The notes below the pieces were generated by a model that was given only the letters and a program-made list of their open reading frames with translations, was not told where the DNA came from and made no database searches. Below are positions 26,217 through 39,200 of a stretch of DNA of 64,000 nucleotides, in pieces. The stretch covers positions 1-64,000 of the forward strand of contig JYFJ02000999.1 of NCBI GenBank assembly GCA_000934665.2, in the 5' to 3' direction. The first letter of the stretch is position 1, and the number at the start of each line of letters is the position of its first letter. Origin of the DNA: Catajapyx aquilonaris. Taxonomy: Eukaryota. Position numbers and translations under genes: made by a program.

Positions 26217-28669
26217 TCATGCATGTACCTTCATGTGTGTTTTTAAAGTACATGCTTGACGAAATGGTCTCTTGCAAACATCACAACTGTATGGCATCTC
26301 CCCCGTGTGTATTCTGACATGGTTTTTCAAAACATTTAGGTGACCAAATTTCCTGTTGCAAACCTGACAAGTATATGGTTGCTCGCCTGTATGCGTCCTC
26401 ATGTGCAATCTCAAACTGGATAACAGACTAAACCTTTTTTTGCACTCATCGCATTCAAATGGCTTTTCCCCAGAGTGGGTCATAATGTGCCTCCTCAAAG
26501 ATGACGGACCACTCAGCTTTCTTTTGCAAATATGGCAACTATAGATCCTTTCCCTTGTGTGCCTGTTCATGTGATTCTTCAAAGCGCATTGCTGACGGAA
26601 CTTTTTATTGCAAATCTGGCAAGTATAGGGCCTTTCACCTGTGTGGATTCTCATGTGGGCATTCAAACCATCTGACTGGGCAAAAGCTCGCTGGCAAACT
26701 ACGCAACCAAATGGCTTCTTCCTAGTCCTTGCATGTACTTGCAGGTGTATTTTCAGAGAATATCGTTGGCTAAACTTTCTCTGGCAAATGTGACAACCAA
26801 ATGGCTTTTCCCCAGTGTGCGTCCTCATATGCATAACTAAAGCACATCGTCTAGCAAATTTGCTGCTACAAAACTCGCAACTGAATCGCTTCTCTCCCGT
26901 GTGAGTCCGCAAGTGTGCCCTCAGATAAGATCGGTCGCTGAATTTCTTACCACAAATATGGCAAAGACAACCTTGTGATTTCCATACAGTGTGGATCAGC
27001 AGACGCTGTGGCAAATCAGATGCCTGACGACGAACCTTTCTCCTTGGCACATGACATTCAGATGTCTTCTCTAACAAATGTGTTTTTGCATGTTTTGTCA
27101 AATCTGGCATCTTGCGAAATGTTATCCTGCAAATGTGACATTCATATTCTATTCCTACTGAATGCATATTCAGGTGGTTTGTCAAGTCAGGGAACTGACT
27201 AAACATTATGCCACAAACATGGCAGAGAAACTGGTCTGCTGCTTAATGCTCTGCAGCTAAATTCTCCCGTACATGTGGTGTAAATTCTGTTGTATCTGTA
27301 GAAGATTTCTTGCAAAATCCACTTGCTGCACATCTCTTCAACCTTTCTGTAGAAGATGACATAAAAAAATCTCCCTTTCCGGTGTTACACCCACTTGGCT
27401 GTCCTGCTGTGCTTGTCGTGGTGCACATCTTTGTGTTCTTCCACTTCTTCCCTTTTTCTTCATCAACTTTCTGTTGTTGCTCCTGAATGTGCAAAAATAT
27501 ATTTTAGCCATACACATACACAGCCATACACATGCCTTTTTTTTAAAAAAAAAGTAAGCATTTTTATATAGAAAAGTGACAGACTGAACAAAAGTCCCTT
27601 ACCTTAATTTTGATTGTTATAGCCTCCCACTGGCGCTTCAGCCGAACCACGAAAGAGTCTGTGTCTGAACCGTCATCTTTAACACTTTGGGGTCCCTGAA
27701 CCATTTCCTGATGGGATTCCACATGAACTATTCTCTCTTCCAGCTGTCGTTGCAAATTCTGTGTACAGGAAGCATTACACTGACATTACTTCAAAACAGT
27801 TAATGTTATTTTCATGTCCCCCAGAAATCTAGTCTACCCTTAAATAGGCTACTCCTAACACAAAGTGGATAATAAATGATTGAAAAATATGATGTGGTGA
27901 AACAATACATCCTTACACTGGACTCCTGATTAACCGCAAGCAGGTAATTCGTCCATCACCAAAATTCACAAATAACATCCGACAGAATGTCAATGTGTCC
28001 CGCAAACGAAGAAAAATGCTAGCTGAAGTGGGACTGTCTTCCAAGGTATGGATGCATCACAAAAACTCACAGTATCTAATGTACTCGTATATCAGCACAG
28101 TAAAACCTCGATATAACGGTGTTCAAGGGACAGCCCAAAAGTAGCATTGTAAGCAGGATAAGCGGGTAAGCGGGATGTGGGAAAATTTACCTTATGGAAA
28201 TTCTCAAGGGGCCGCAAGAAAGGTTTTACCGTCTTTAGGCGTATTTAGGTCGACCCGGAATGTACGTCACACTGCTAGATTTAACCAGTCAAAAGTTTGG
28301 TATGGAAGAATGAATCTGTAAGATTAACCCAATTTTTCCCCATACTTGTTGAAAGTGTGTGCCTCTCAGATTATAGTAAAGGTATTTTTTATTTATTTAT
28401 GGCAGCATGACAGTCATGTATACCTTATGGGAGACTTCATGGGAAATGTCTAACGGATCCTGTTCAAAATGAGTCGCATTTGCCACAGCAACCAGTTCCT
28501 CTTCCTCCGCTGGCTCCGCTTTGACATCCTCTTCTTCATTGAGGCTGGTAAGGCCCTCGTAGAAGGATGCAGAGGGCTCCTCCTTCAGCCGCAACTTCCA
28601 CTCCTCTTCATCTGTGGTGATGCTCCCTTCATCTTCATCTGCCTCTTCCTTTTTGATTGCCAACGACAT
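26217..28669 (-). pseudogene. C2H2 zinc-finger unit Z6 with one in-frame stop; exons 28669-28424, 27758-27603, 27482-26217
   Basis: TAA at 27245-27243 where Z4 has TTA (Leu). The frame is otherwise open through ~11 fingers. Confidence 0.7.
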
Positions 28670-29340
28670 GCTCCTGGAAAGTGAGAAATTCCAGTCAGAT
28701 TGCATAGTACGGAAACTAAAGCGCCAGTGCCATGCGCCCCACCCTTCGGCCTCCTTCCTGTGCCTTCTCCTTCCTCAGAACGAGGCGAAAGAGAAGGAAA
28801 AACGAGCAGAAAGTGACTCCAGAAGAGACGCCATCTTGGATTGAAAAAAAAGAAAAAAAAAATGGTGCATTCCCACCGCTGAACTGACGGGGATGGGATT
28901 AAACGCTATTGGGAAAAGAACAGCCCAGAAAAAATAACTGCTACCAATCATACAAACAGCAGTTTAGCTATTCGCTTAAGATGTTAATTACTTAATTAGG
29001 CTTAATTAGGTAGGGAGTAAGCTATCTCATGCACAGAAGCATAAAGGATGCAAGTGAAGATCCTTCCTTGCATGGGGTGGGTCTTCAGTCACGAGGTTTC
29101 AAAATGCCTTGAGATGTGCCAAAATGTGTTACAATTTATTTTTAATTGGATGCTTTACAATAATTACCATTCATACAACCTGAAAGTTAGCAAAATATTA
29201 TAATGGTACATGAGTTATAAGGCTGCTTTCAAGCAGCATCCAAACAAAATACGAATAACAACAAGCTGCCAATTTTCTGGCAGATGTCACACATTTCATC
29301 AATGTCAACACTTCCTAACTCTCATGAACCGCAAACTATT

Positions 29341-29518
29341 ACCTAGGGTATAATGTAGATCGGGTCAGCACCGTATGCCAACATCGGCCCAACACCTGAT
29401 GCCAACGTCGGCCCGATGTGACAAAAAGTTAACCGTTTTACATTGGCCCGACATCGCTCCCCAACATTGGCCCGGTGTCATTCGCCGACATCGGCCCGAC
29501 GACGTGTGCTACCTGGGC
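29341..29518. mobile_element. Short insertion with CATCGGCCC subrepeats and a GTGCTACCTGGG end (non-autonomous DNA element remnant)
   Basis: Absent from the corresponding 3' flank of sibling units. Repeated (A)TCGGCCC(G/A)A motifs. Confidence 0.5.
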
Positions 29519-29717
29519 AGTGTGTGGTACATTGTCAGAATCCATACGTATGAAACAGGTTTGATTTTTAGCACATGTGTTCCTGGACTTATTTGTTAGC
29601 ATCTCTGCACACACAATTCACCTGCTTTCACTTGAATTTTTATTTATCAGTGCCATGTCCTCTCATAACTTTCGATTGAACCAATCATCTACAATCTGCG
29701 GCTGAATATTCCAGCTC

Positions 29718-32293
29718 TCACGCATGTATCTTCATGTGTGTTCTTAAACTTGATACATGACGAAATGGTCTTTTACAAACACTGCAACTGTATGGCATCT
29801 CCCCAGTGTGTCTCATGACATGCATCCTCAAAGAATATGCATCGCACAGCTTTCTCTTGCAAATATTGCAACTATAGATCTTTTCCCTTGTGTGCCTGTT
29901 CATGTGAATTTTCAAAGCAGTTTGTCGACTTAAATTTTTATTGCAAATCTGGCAAGTATATGGCGTTTCATCTGTGTGCTGGGTTCTCATGTGGACATTC
30001 AAATGATCTAACCTGCTGAAAGCTTTCGGACAAATTCGGCAACTAAATGGCTCCTGCCCAGGGTGTGCATGTAGGTGCGTTTTCAGAGCCTTTGCGTAGC
30101 TAAACTTTTTCTGGCAAATGTGACAACCAAATGGCTTTTCCCCAGTGTGCATCCTCTTATGCACAGCTAAACCATATTGCGTAGAAAATTTCCTGTTGCA
30201 AAACTCGCAACTGAGTCGCTTCTCTGTGTGAGTCTGCAGGTGTGCATTCAGAGAACATTGCTTGCTGAATTGCCTACCACAAATACAACAAATGCAACGT
30301 TTCAATTCAAATTCAGCAAGATGCTTTGACAAATCAGATGTCTGACTAACCTTTTCCCCTGGCATATGACATTTCCATGTCTTCTCTAACAAATGTTTTC
30401 GTGCATGTTTTTTAAAGTCAGGCAACTGACTAAAAGCTATCCCACAAACACGGCAGAGCATTAGCTCTGCAGCTAAACGTCCTGCTGCTAAATGCTCATG
30501 TACATGTGGTGTAAATTCAGATGATTCTGTAAACGATTTCTTGCAAAATCGACATATAAGTAGTTGACTTGCTGCACAACTCTTCAACCTTCCTGTCGAA
30601 GTGGATGCCACACGAAAATCTGCTTTTCCAGTGTTATATCCACTTGGCTGCTCCGCTGTGATTGTCGCAGCGCACATCTTTGGGTTCTTCCACCTCTTCA
30701 CATTTTCTTCCTCAACTTTCTGTTGTTGCTCCTGAAATGTGCAAAAAATATTGTCACCCAATGCTACTTGTGCATTTTGTTATTATTACAGTTCTTTCCT
30801 TCCTGGTTCACACACATTTAGTTCCTGTGCGTGCTGGAGTGACAGGTGAATGTCTAATTTTTGCTAAGGAAGATCCAGTACTTACAAAAAGTTTAATTTT
30901 TTTAAAGATTTTTAAATATTTTTAGTTCGTTTTCTAGATAAAGATGGTTATACTCCTTTGATTTAGAGACATTTTGACAGTTTGATGTAAGTTACTTCAA
31001 GTTCACATATCGCGCATGAGATAGCCACACAGACTAGATAAAAAAAAACAGCATTCCCTGTGATTTGTGAAGAGAGCGCAAACTTAAATTCGCTCTCACG
31101 AAAATTAAACTTTTGTCTGTTATCACCTTTTCCATCACACCAACCCTCATTTGTCCCTGATTCTTAGACTCACCCTATTTCCCCCCCGTATTTAAAAAAA
31201 ATGGTAAAATGTGTGTCTTAGAATCAAATAAATAAAGTATATTCCCACTCCATGAAGAATGGTACGACTCTGTGGACGACATGTTCATCGTCACTATCCA
31301 GCCTTATTGCCAACCTGATTTCGTTGCGACCCTATGGACAACCTGTATGACCCCATCTGGACTTTTTCCGAAAATTTGTTATTACCAAAATGTTCAAACT
31401 GGTACTTGGTTTGAGATGAATTTTCCCCCTTAAGCGGGGGCAGTAGAAAAAGTACGGTAAATCAGATGGCTCTGCAGCTACAGTTGTCGAAGTGAACCTA
31501 CGGAATGGTTGTACAGTGCTGGACAAATTAGCCGTCACGGAATGTTTTTTTTCGGCGATCTGGCAACCCCGTCGGGCGGGCCAATTCAAACATCGGCACA
31601 TGGAGAGTGCTTCCATTGTTGCCACTGTTTACAAATCGAGTGAGTGACGCGGACGACCCAGCGACGGGTCGCTCTTCTGCCTGCTTACACAGTATCTGCA
31701 GGGATATACGCAGGAAAAAACGGGGAAAATAATGATGTTAGAAGCAATAAGTCATTTTGGGGTCACTCACTCGATTTGTAAACAGTGGCAACAATGGAAG
31801 CGCTCTCCATGGCCTGATGTTTGAATTGGCCCGCCGGACGGGGTTTCCAGGTAATGCCGCCGTCGGAAAAAAACATTCAGCGCCGGCTAATATGTCCAGC
31901 ACGGTACACTACATACACTGTACAGCAATAGGAGGCAATTGTTGCCCCCGCTCCAACAATCCCCGTCCTGTTGCCAGGCTTGAAAGAAAATTTGATATCA
32001 TGCTAGAATGTAATTGACGCACCATGACAGCGGCATACCTTACGTGATGCTTCATGTGAAATGTCTAAAGGATCCTGCGCAAAATGGGGAAGTGTTTGCA
32101 GAGTGACCAGTTCCTCTTCCTCCGCTGGCTCCGCTTTGACTTCCCCGGCATCCTCTTCTTCTTTGAGGCTGGTAAGGCCCTCATAGAACTGTGTAGACGA
32201 GGGCCCCTCCTTCACTGCCAGCTGCCACTCCTCCTCTGTGGTGATGCTCCCTTCATAATCTTCCTCCTCTTCCTTTTTGATTGCCAACGACAT
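29718..32293 (-). CDS. C2H2 zinc-finger protein Z7, ~9 fingers; exons 32293-32039, 30731-29718
   Basis: Acidic exon plus open finger exon. Confidence 0.85.
31514..31904. mobile_element. Tc1/mariner-type MITE with TA flanks, in the Z7 intron
   Basis: TA-CAGTGCTGGACAAATTAGCCG ... CGGCTAATATGTCCAGCACGG-TA, with long internal inverted arms. Confidence 0.75.
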
Positions 32294-33265
32294 GCTCCTG
32301 GAAAGTAAAGAATCCAAGTCAGATTGCATAGTACGGAATCTAAAGAGCAGGTGCCATGCCCCACACCCTTTGGCCTCCTCCTCCTTCCAACCCACCTGTC
32401 CCCGTTGCTCATCCTTCGGCCGCTGTCCCCTTTCCTTCCTCAGAACGAGGCAAAAGAGAAGGAAAAACAAGAAGAAAGTGACTCCAGAAGAGACGCCATC
32501 TTGGATTGGAAGAAAAAAAGAAAAAAAAAAGAAAGAAGGGTGCATTCCCACCGTCGCACAATAGACGGGGAAGGGATTAAACGCTATTGAGAAAAGAACG
32601 GCGGGAACGAGGAACCGCTACCGATCATACAAACAGCAGTTTAGCTATTCGCTTTCGATATTAATTATAATTTAATTAGGCCCTATGATTTAGGTAGGGA
32701 GTAGCTATCTCATGCACAGAAGCAAAAAAGGATGCAAGTGCAGTTCTTTCCTTGTGGGGTGGGTCTTCAGTCACCAGGTTTCAAAATGCATTGCGATGTG
32801 CCGAAATGTGTTACAATTTATTTTTAATTGAATGCTTTACAATAATTACATTAATACAACCTGAAAGTTAGCAAAACATTATAATGGTACATGAGTTATA
32901 AGGCTGCTTTTAAGCAAACTCCTCAAGCAAAATGTTAAGGTTGATGAAATGTATCTGCAAAAAAAAACTGCAAAAAAATTTAAACATGGAAGCTACTAAT
33001 AATATTAGCTTCAAATTATTTTTTTTGCAGATATATTTCATCAACCTTAACATTTCCTAACTTTCATGAACAAACAATTACCAGCCGGCAAGCAAGTCAG
33101 TTTCATCCATACATGACCCAGGTTTTATTTTTAGCTTACTTGCACCTGGACTTATTTCTAAGTGTGCCCTAGAAACAATTCACTGGGTTTCACTTGAACG
33201 AACTGTGCATGTCATCTCATACTTTTTAACCTAACCAATCATGTACAATCTGCCACTGGAAATTT

Positions 33266-35004
33266 TCATGCATGTATCTTCATGTGTGTTTTTAAAGTAC
33301 ATGCTTGACGAAACGGTCTCTTGCAAACATCACAACTGTATGGCATCTCCCCCGTGTGTATTCTGACATGGTTTTTCAAAACATTTAGGCGACCAAATTT
33401 CCTATTGCAAACCTGACAAGTATATGGTTGCTCACCCGTATGCGTCCTCATGTGATATCTCAAACCGGATAACAGACTAAACCTTTTTTTGCACTCATCG
33501 CATTCAAATGGCTTTTCCCCAGTATGTCTCATGATGTGCCTCCTCAAAGCAGATGCATCACTCAGCTTTCTTTTGCAAATATGGCAACTATAGATCCTTT
33601 CCCCTGTGTGCCTGTTCACGTGATTCATCAAACCGCATTGCTGACGGAACTTTTTATTGCAAATCTGGCAAGTATATGGCTTTTCACCTGTATGGATTCT
33701 CATGTGGACATTCAAACTATTTGACAGGCCAAAAGCTCTCTGGCAAACTACGCAACTAAATGGCTTCTTCCTAGTGTGTGCATGTACTTGCATGTGCATT
33801 TTCAGAGAATATTGTTGGATAAACTTTTTCTGGCAAATGTGACAACCAAATGGCTTTTCCCCAGTATGCTGCCTCCTCGTATGCAAAACTAAAGCACATC
33901 GTCTGGCAAATTTGCCGCTACACAACTCGCAACTGAATCGCTTCTCTCCCACATGAGTCCGCAAGTGTGCCCTCAAATAGGATTGCTCACTGAATTCCTT
34001 ACCACAAATATGGCAAAGACAACCTTGTGATTTCTGTTCAGTGTGGATCAGCAGATGCTTTGACAAATCAGATGCCTGACGAACCTTTCCCCTTGGCACA
34101 TGACATTCGGATGTCTTCTCTAACAGATGATTGTTTGCATGCTTTGTCAAGTCAGGCAACCGACTAAACTCTATCCCACAAACATGGCAGAGAAACTGCT
34201 TTGCTGCTAAATGTTCTGCCGGAAAATGTTTACATAAATGTGGTGCAAGTTCAGATGATACTGTAAACTCTTTCTTGCAAAATCGGCATACATGCAGTTG
34301 ATTTCCTGCACCTGTCTTTGCGTCTTTAGTGGAAGTAGATGCTGCAGGAAGATCTCCCTTTCCACTTGGCTGTTCTGCTGTGCTTGTCACAGTGCATATT
34401 TTTGGATTCTTCCACTTCTTGCCTGCATAAATTTTTGGGTGCTGTTCCTGAAATTTGCAAAAAAATTAGATTCTGTCACCTGCATTTTGTCATTATTACA
34501 CGTCATGCACCATTGTTGCTGTTATTATCATATTTTAGTTCCTGAATATGTAGGAATGAAAGATGTACGCCTAATTTTACTGGGAATGTCCACTCCTTGC
34601 AAAAATTCTGCTTATTTAGCTGATTTTCCAAGGAACGGATGTATCACAAGAATCACAGTTGCGGTCATAGATCTACGTATGACTTTCGGGATGATTGGTT
34701 TAGTGAAAATGATTACCTTCTTTACTTGAATATCAGCCACGCCCGAATCTAAGTCGCTATGGAAGCTTTCATGGGTATTGTCTAACGGATCCTGTTCAAA
34801 ATGAGTGGCACTTTCCACAGTGAGCAGATCCTCTTCCTCCACTGCCTCCACTTTGAATTCCTTGGCATCTTCTTCTTTGACAGTTGTAAAACACTCATAG
34901 AACAGTGCAGATGGCTCCTCCTTCAGCCGCAACGTCCAATCCTCCTCCGTGGTGATGCTCCTTTCATCATATTCCTCCTCTTCCTTTTTGATTGCCAACG
35001 ACAT
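33266..35004 (-). CDS. C2H2 zinc-finger protein Z8, ~11 fingers; exons 35004-34717, 34447-33266
   Basis: The acidic exon extends to a new donor AAG|GTAATC. The finger exon is open. Confidence 0.82.
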
Positions 35005-35461
35005 GCTCCTGAAACCAAGATGAAGTTGAGTGACCAAGTAAAGCTGAGGTATTGTCCTCACTCTTTTGATGAATACCGCACGTAATTCAAGCTCCCCCTC
35101 GATGCATCTAAGGAGTGCAATGGAAGTGACCACCCTTTGGCCTCCTCCCAACCCACCTCCCACTGCTCATCCGTCCGATTCTGCCTCAGATCGAGGCAAA
35201 AGTGAAGCAAAAACAAGCAGAAAGCGACTGAAGAAGTGACGCCATCTTGGATTATCTGAAGAGGGTGCATTCCCACCACCGCATCAAGGACAAATGGGAG
35301 CAGCGATGCGATTAGGCGATTATTTAAAAAAAGAACAGCGATAAAAAGTAACTGCTACCCATCATGACAATCTGCAGTTACAATTTTTCGATTTCATTAA
35401 TTACTTAATTAGGCTCCTATTAACACAATTTGGCACTTACGAATAATGAATGAAATCAGGT

Positions 35462-36154
35462 GGTCACGGGGGCCAATATGCCGGGGGCGAAACTTCCGAG
35501 ACCCCCGTTTCGCCCCCGGGCCAACGAACGCCAACGAACGTTATTGTGGCTTTTCCCACCACGACGAATATGTCACGGGGGCCAATATGCCGGGGGCGAA
35601 ACGTCCGAAACCCCCCCCGTTTCGCCCCGGACTTTTAGCCCCCGGCGTATTCGCCCCCGTGACATATTCGTCGTGGTGGGCAAAGCCACAATAACGTTCG
35701 TTCGCCTGCGGCGCCACAAGACGGACAGTAAAATGTTGCGGATACAGAAACCCACAATAAGCGCCCAGCTCCGCTTTCGCTCCGCAAAAAAACTAAAAAT
35801 ATCACGCACGGGCGACGTACCGTGCCTGGCAGGGCCACATGAATGGACAGTGCTGTTGCGGCAACAAAAAGCCATACAGCATCGCCAACACAAATCGCAG
35901 CTGTGACCCAAGCAGAATACCGCAAAATTTCATGTTATAAATCAGGCACGAAAACAACGAGCCAATCAGCGCCTGCCCCCGCCGTTGCCAGGCTACAAAC
36001 AAAGGCCAGGTCTCTAGAAATGCCCAGCCGAATGCTTCAAAGTGGAATGTGTCACGGGTACGAATACGCCGGAGGCGAAATTGTCTCGGGGGGCCAATAT
36101 GCCGGGGGCTAAAAGTCCGGCGGCGAAACGGTGGGGGCGAAAAGTCCGGATCCC
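35462..36154. mobile_element. GC-rich non-autonomous DNA element with repeated GGGGCCAATATGCCGGGGGCGAA motifs (Mutator-like foldback, one end missing)
   Basis: Direct and inverted copies of the motif, an internal palindrome at ~35530-35705 and a terminal CCGGATCCC. The superfamily call is tentative. Confidence 0.55.
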
Positions 36155-36237
36155 ATAATTATCACATGCACTCTGTTTCTCTGAACCATGACATACCGGG
36201 GTTTGGAGGCTCCTTGCCTGGCTTCAGTTGTGGATGA

Positions 36238-39200
36238 TCAGCGTTGAGATGAACCCGATGAACCACTGGATGTCGGCTTGCAAACCTGGTAGCCAAGTCG
36301 GATGTGCCTTTTAAAATTACATAAGCGAATGAACTTTTTCCCACATTGATGGCAACCATGTGGCGTCTCTCCTGTGTGAACAAGCACATGTGCCTTCATA
36401 TCAGGGAATCTAGTGAAACCCCTTTTGCAAACCTTACAACTGTATGGTTTGTGGTCCCTCACATGGCTTCTTAACTCAGCTGAGTTACTAAACATTTTCC
36501 CACAAAGCTGGCAAGGTAACCGCTGTACTGCTGCTAAATGTTCACGTACATGTGGCGTAAATTCGGATGATTCTGTAAACGATTTCTTGCAAAATCGACA
36601 AACAAGCAGTTGACTTCTTGCTACACATATCTTTGCCCTTTTTGTAGCAGTAGATGCCGCATGAGAACCTCCCTTTCCAATCTTACATCCACTTGGCTCC
36701 CCTGCCAAGCGTGTCGCAGACCACATTTCTGGGCCCTTCTTCTGCTCGTTTTCTTCATCATCTCTCTGTTCCTGCAATATGTAAAAATTTATTCTATCAA
36801 CCAAGTGTGGCTGTGCATTTTGTCATCATTACACATCACACAGCATTGTTGTTGCTTTTTTTCAAATATTTTGTTCCTATGTGAGCAGGAATAATGGATG
36901 TCTAACATTTTTCATACAATGTAGACAAACTAGGAAGATTCATTTACTTTTAAAATTCCTACTGATTCCCCTGCTTTTTAATCATCAAAAAGCTGCAAAC
37001 AGCATTAAGTTATTTGCAAGTGTTCAAAATATCTGCTCACTTTCCCCTCCTCCAGTTAAAGAACGGTCATACCTGGCTTCTATTTCTTATGGTCTTGCAT
37101 ATCAGATGTGAGTCAAAATTGCATTGAACACACTGGCCTTTTTGCAAACTTTTTGCTTACATGGATTTTGAAGATCTTTGACATTTCTAATTGAAGGGTT
37201 CGGTGCAATACCGCCCTAACCCTCCCAAAGTCTGGATCCGCCCCTGTATGTTCATGCTATAAAACAATAATAACACTGTGTTATTGATGTTTTGACGAAG
37301 TTTTATTGCTTGTAGGACAAGATTTATCTCTTATAATCATCAGATTATTTCAAGTATTGTTTCTCAACTGACTTTGCATTAAAAAATACAGTATGTTGTG
37401 TTATTATCAAACATCAAGAATTTCATCTTCGTCCCCATCATTGTCGGCTTGGAGGCTATTAAAAAAAGAATGGTGGACTGGTGGAATCCACGGGAACAGG
37501 AACTGTATGTCTTCATATTTTTTGTGGTTTATGGGAATGCCACCTTCGTACTTCTCATTGGCTTCAAAAGGATGTGGAACGTTAGATCTCCTTATTCGCT
37601 TCCCGATGTTCACGGGTGTGTAGACTTCACTGTCAAAGCCATGATTGTAGGCCACCTCCAGCACGTAAGGCTTTTTTGATGACAGATGGAAAACGGAGGC
37701 CTCTGAAAACTTCAGTGATGAGCCATCGTTGGCTTTGGTTTTCTTTCCGATTCCAGCCCCAATCTCAGCAATGTTCTTGAAGTCTGCGGTGTCCATCCTC
37801 GTTACCACGAACTTCTTCTTTCTGTTACACTGGATCATGCACTCAGCCCATTCTTCTGGAGTGTATATGACCGGCATGTGTTTGCGAGAGAACAGCTCAA
37901 TGAGGCCAAAATCCCTGTCACAGGGAAGTTGCGCATGTCCCATAACAGGAAAGTGGTGGAAAACATCATTTGCAATGCCGTTGGTTATTAGCTCATTGTA
38001 GAGACCAATCAGGGTCCAGTTCTTGTTCTGTCCCTTATCACTAATGATGTGAATCTGATCAAAAGTTTTCCCAAGACTTTGGAGGTATTTCAAAATGCAA
38101 CTGCCTATTTCATCTGCTCCTCTCTTTGCTATGTTTTCAGACCATAAGAACATGTATCCTAAGTCCTTGCCATAGTCATGAATACCGACATTGTAGGTCC
38201 ACAACTTACGGCGATAGAATGCATGGCTCACTGTCAACTTCGGGGTAGGCAGTGCCTGTTGAAGGTCTATGGCAATTACGTGGTACTTCTCGGGATTTTC
38301 CTTGGCAAGGTTTGAGAGCACACTTATCTTATTCTGAGCTGCTGTGGCTTTTTGTATGTGCATTTCCTTTTCCGTTTCAAGAGCCTTCATCTCATCTGTA
38401 TCAGCAACAGCAGCTTGAATTTGAAGTTGGTCGCACTTCGCGCAGGTGTCAGATTTGGGTAATTTGAACCCTATGTTGAAATCTCCGCAGAAGATTCTTC
38501 TAAATTTGTCAGAACTGACCTGTGGTTTACCGTTGTCCATGCACCATTGACTGTAATGACCATTGTAGAGAGAGTTGATAGTCATGTTGCAGTCCAGATA
38601 CACTTTGTTTGGATTTTGCTCGCGACTATAATGACTCTGATACTTCGGCAGCATGTTTATGAATTCCTTGCAAGAATCTATGCTTTCATCTGTATGCTTA
38701 TTTGGACGGGCGTTGTGCTTCCCTACAAAAGAAAAATAAGAAGGTGAAACATGGGGCACTGTTACCAGAAGTATGAAGAGTATGTCATGACCATCATAAA
38801 TCAAACAAATTTCATTTAGGCTTACCCCTTCCATCAGGTATGGCTGTTGTGTGACCATCCTTGAGTTGTGTCTGAAGAGTTTTTATCCTACTGGAACTAC
38901 TGTTCAAGCCATGAAGGGAGGCAAACATGCTTTTACATATTTCTTTCTCACACCCATTTACTTTCACAGTGTAACGGAAAGTTACAAGCCTTCTTGACAA
39001 CCTTTCTTTGGTGTATCTACAATATCATTGACAAGAAATTAATGTAACCTGGTCTAATGATACGAGAAAGGATTTTGTGACAATTTTTGTGCTAAGCGAC
39101 TGTGTATGACTTACGTTTTTTTCTTCGCCTCCAATTTCATAGTCTGCAAAAGATACGTATTTTGGGCTGCATGATCCCCCAAGTCCCAAAAAGAGGTAAA

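Noticed and set aside
9728..33842. + strand ORFs overlapping the finger exons
   Set aside because: Antisense frames of C2H2 repeats, with no independent signals.
19418..35163. Long N-terminal ORF extensions through exon 1 and intron 1 (e.g. 32003-32551, 34612-35163)
   Set aside because: The frame is not conserved among paralogs, and a conserved acceptor (mostly CAG|GAGCATG) sits just before the shared ATG.
35446..36237. Multiple overlapping ORFs in the GC-rich segment
   Set aside because: They arise from a GC-rich repeat element and show no protein-like motifs.
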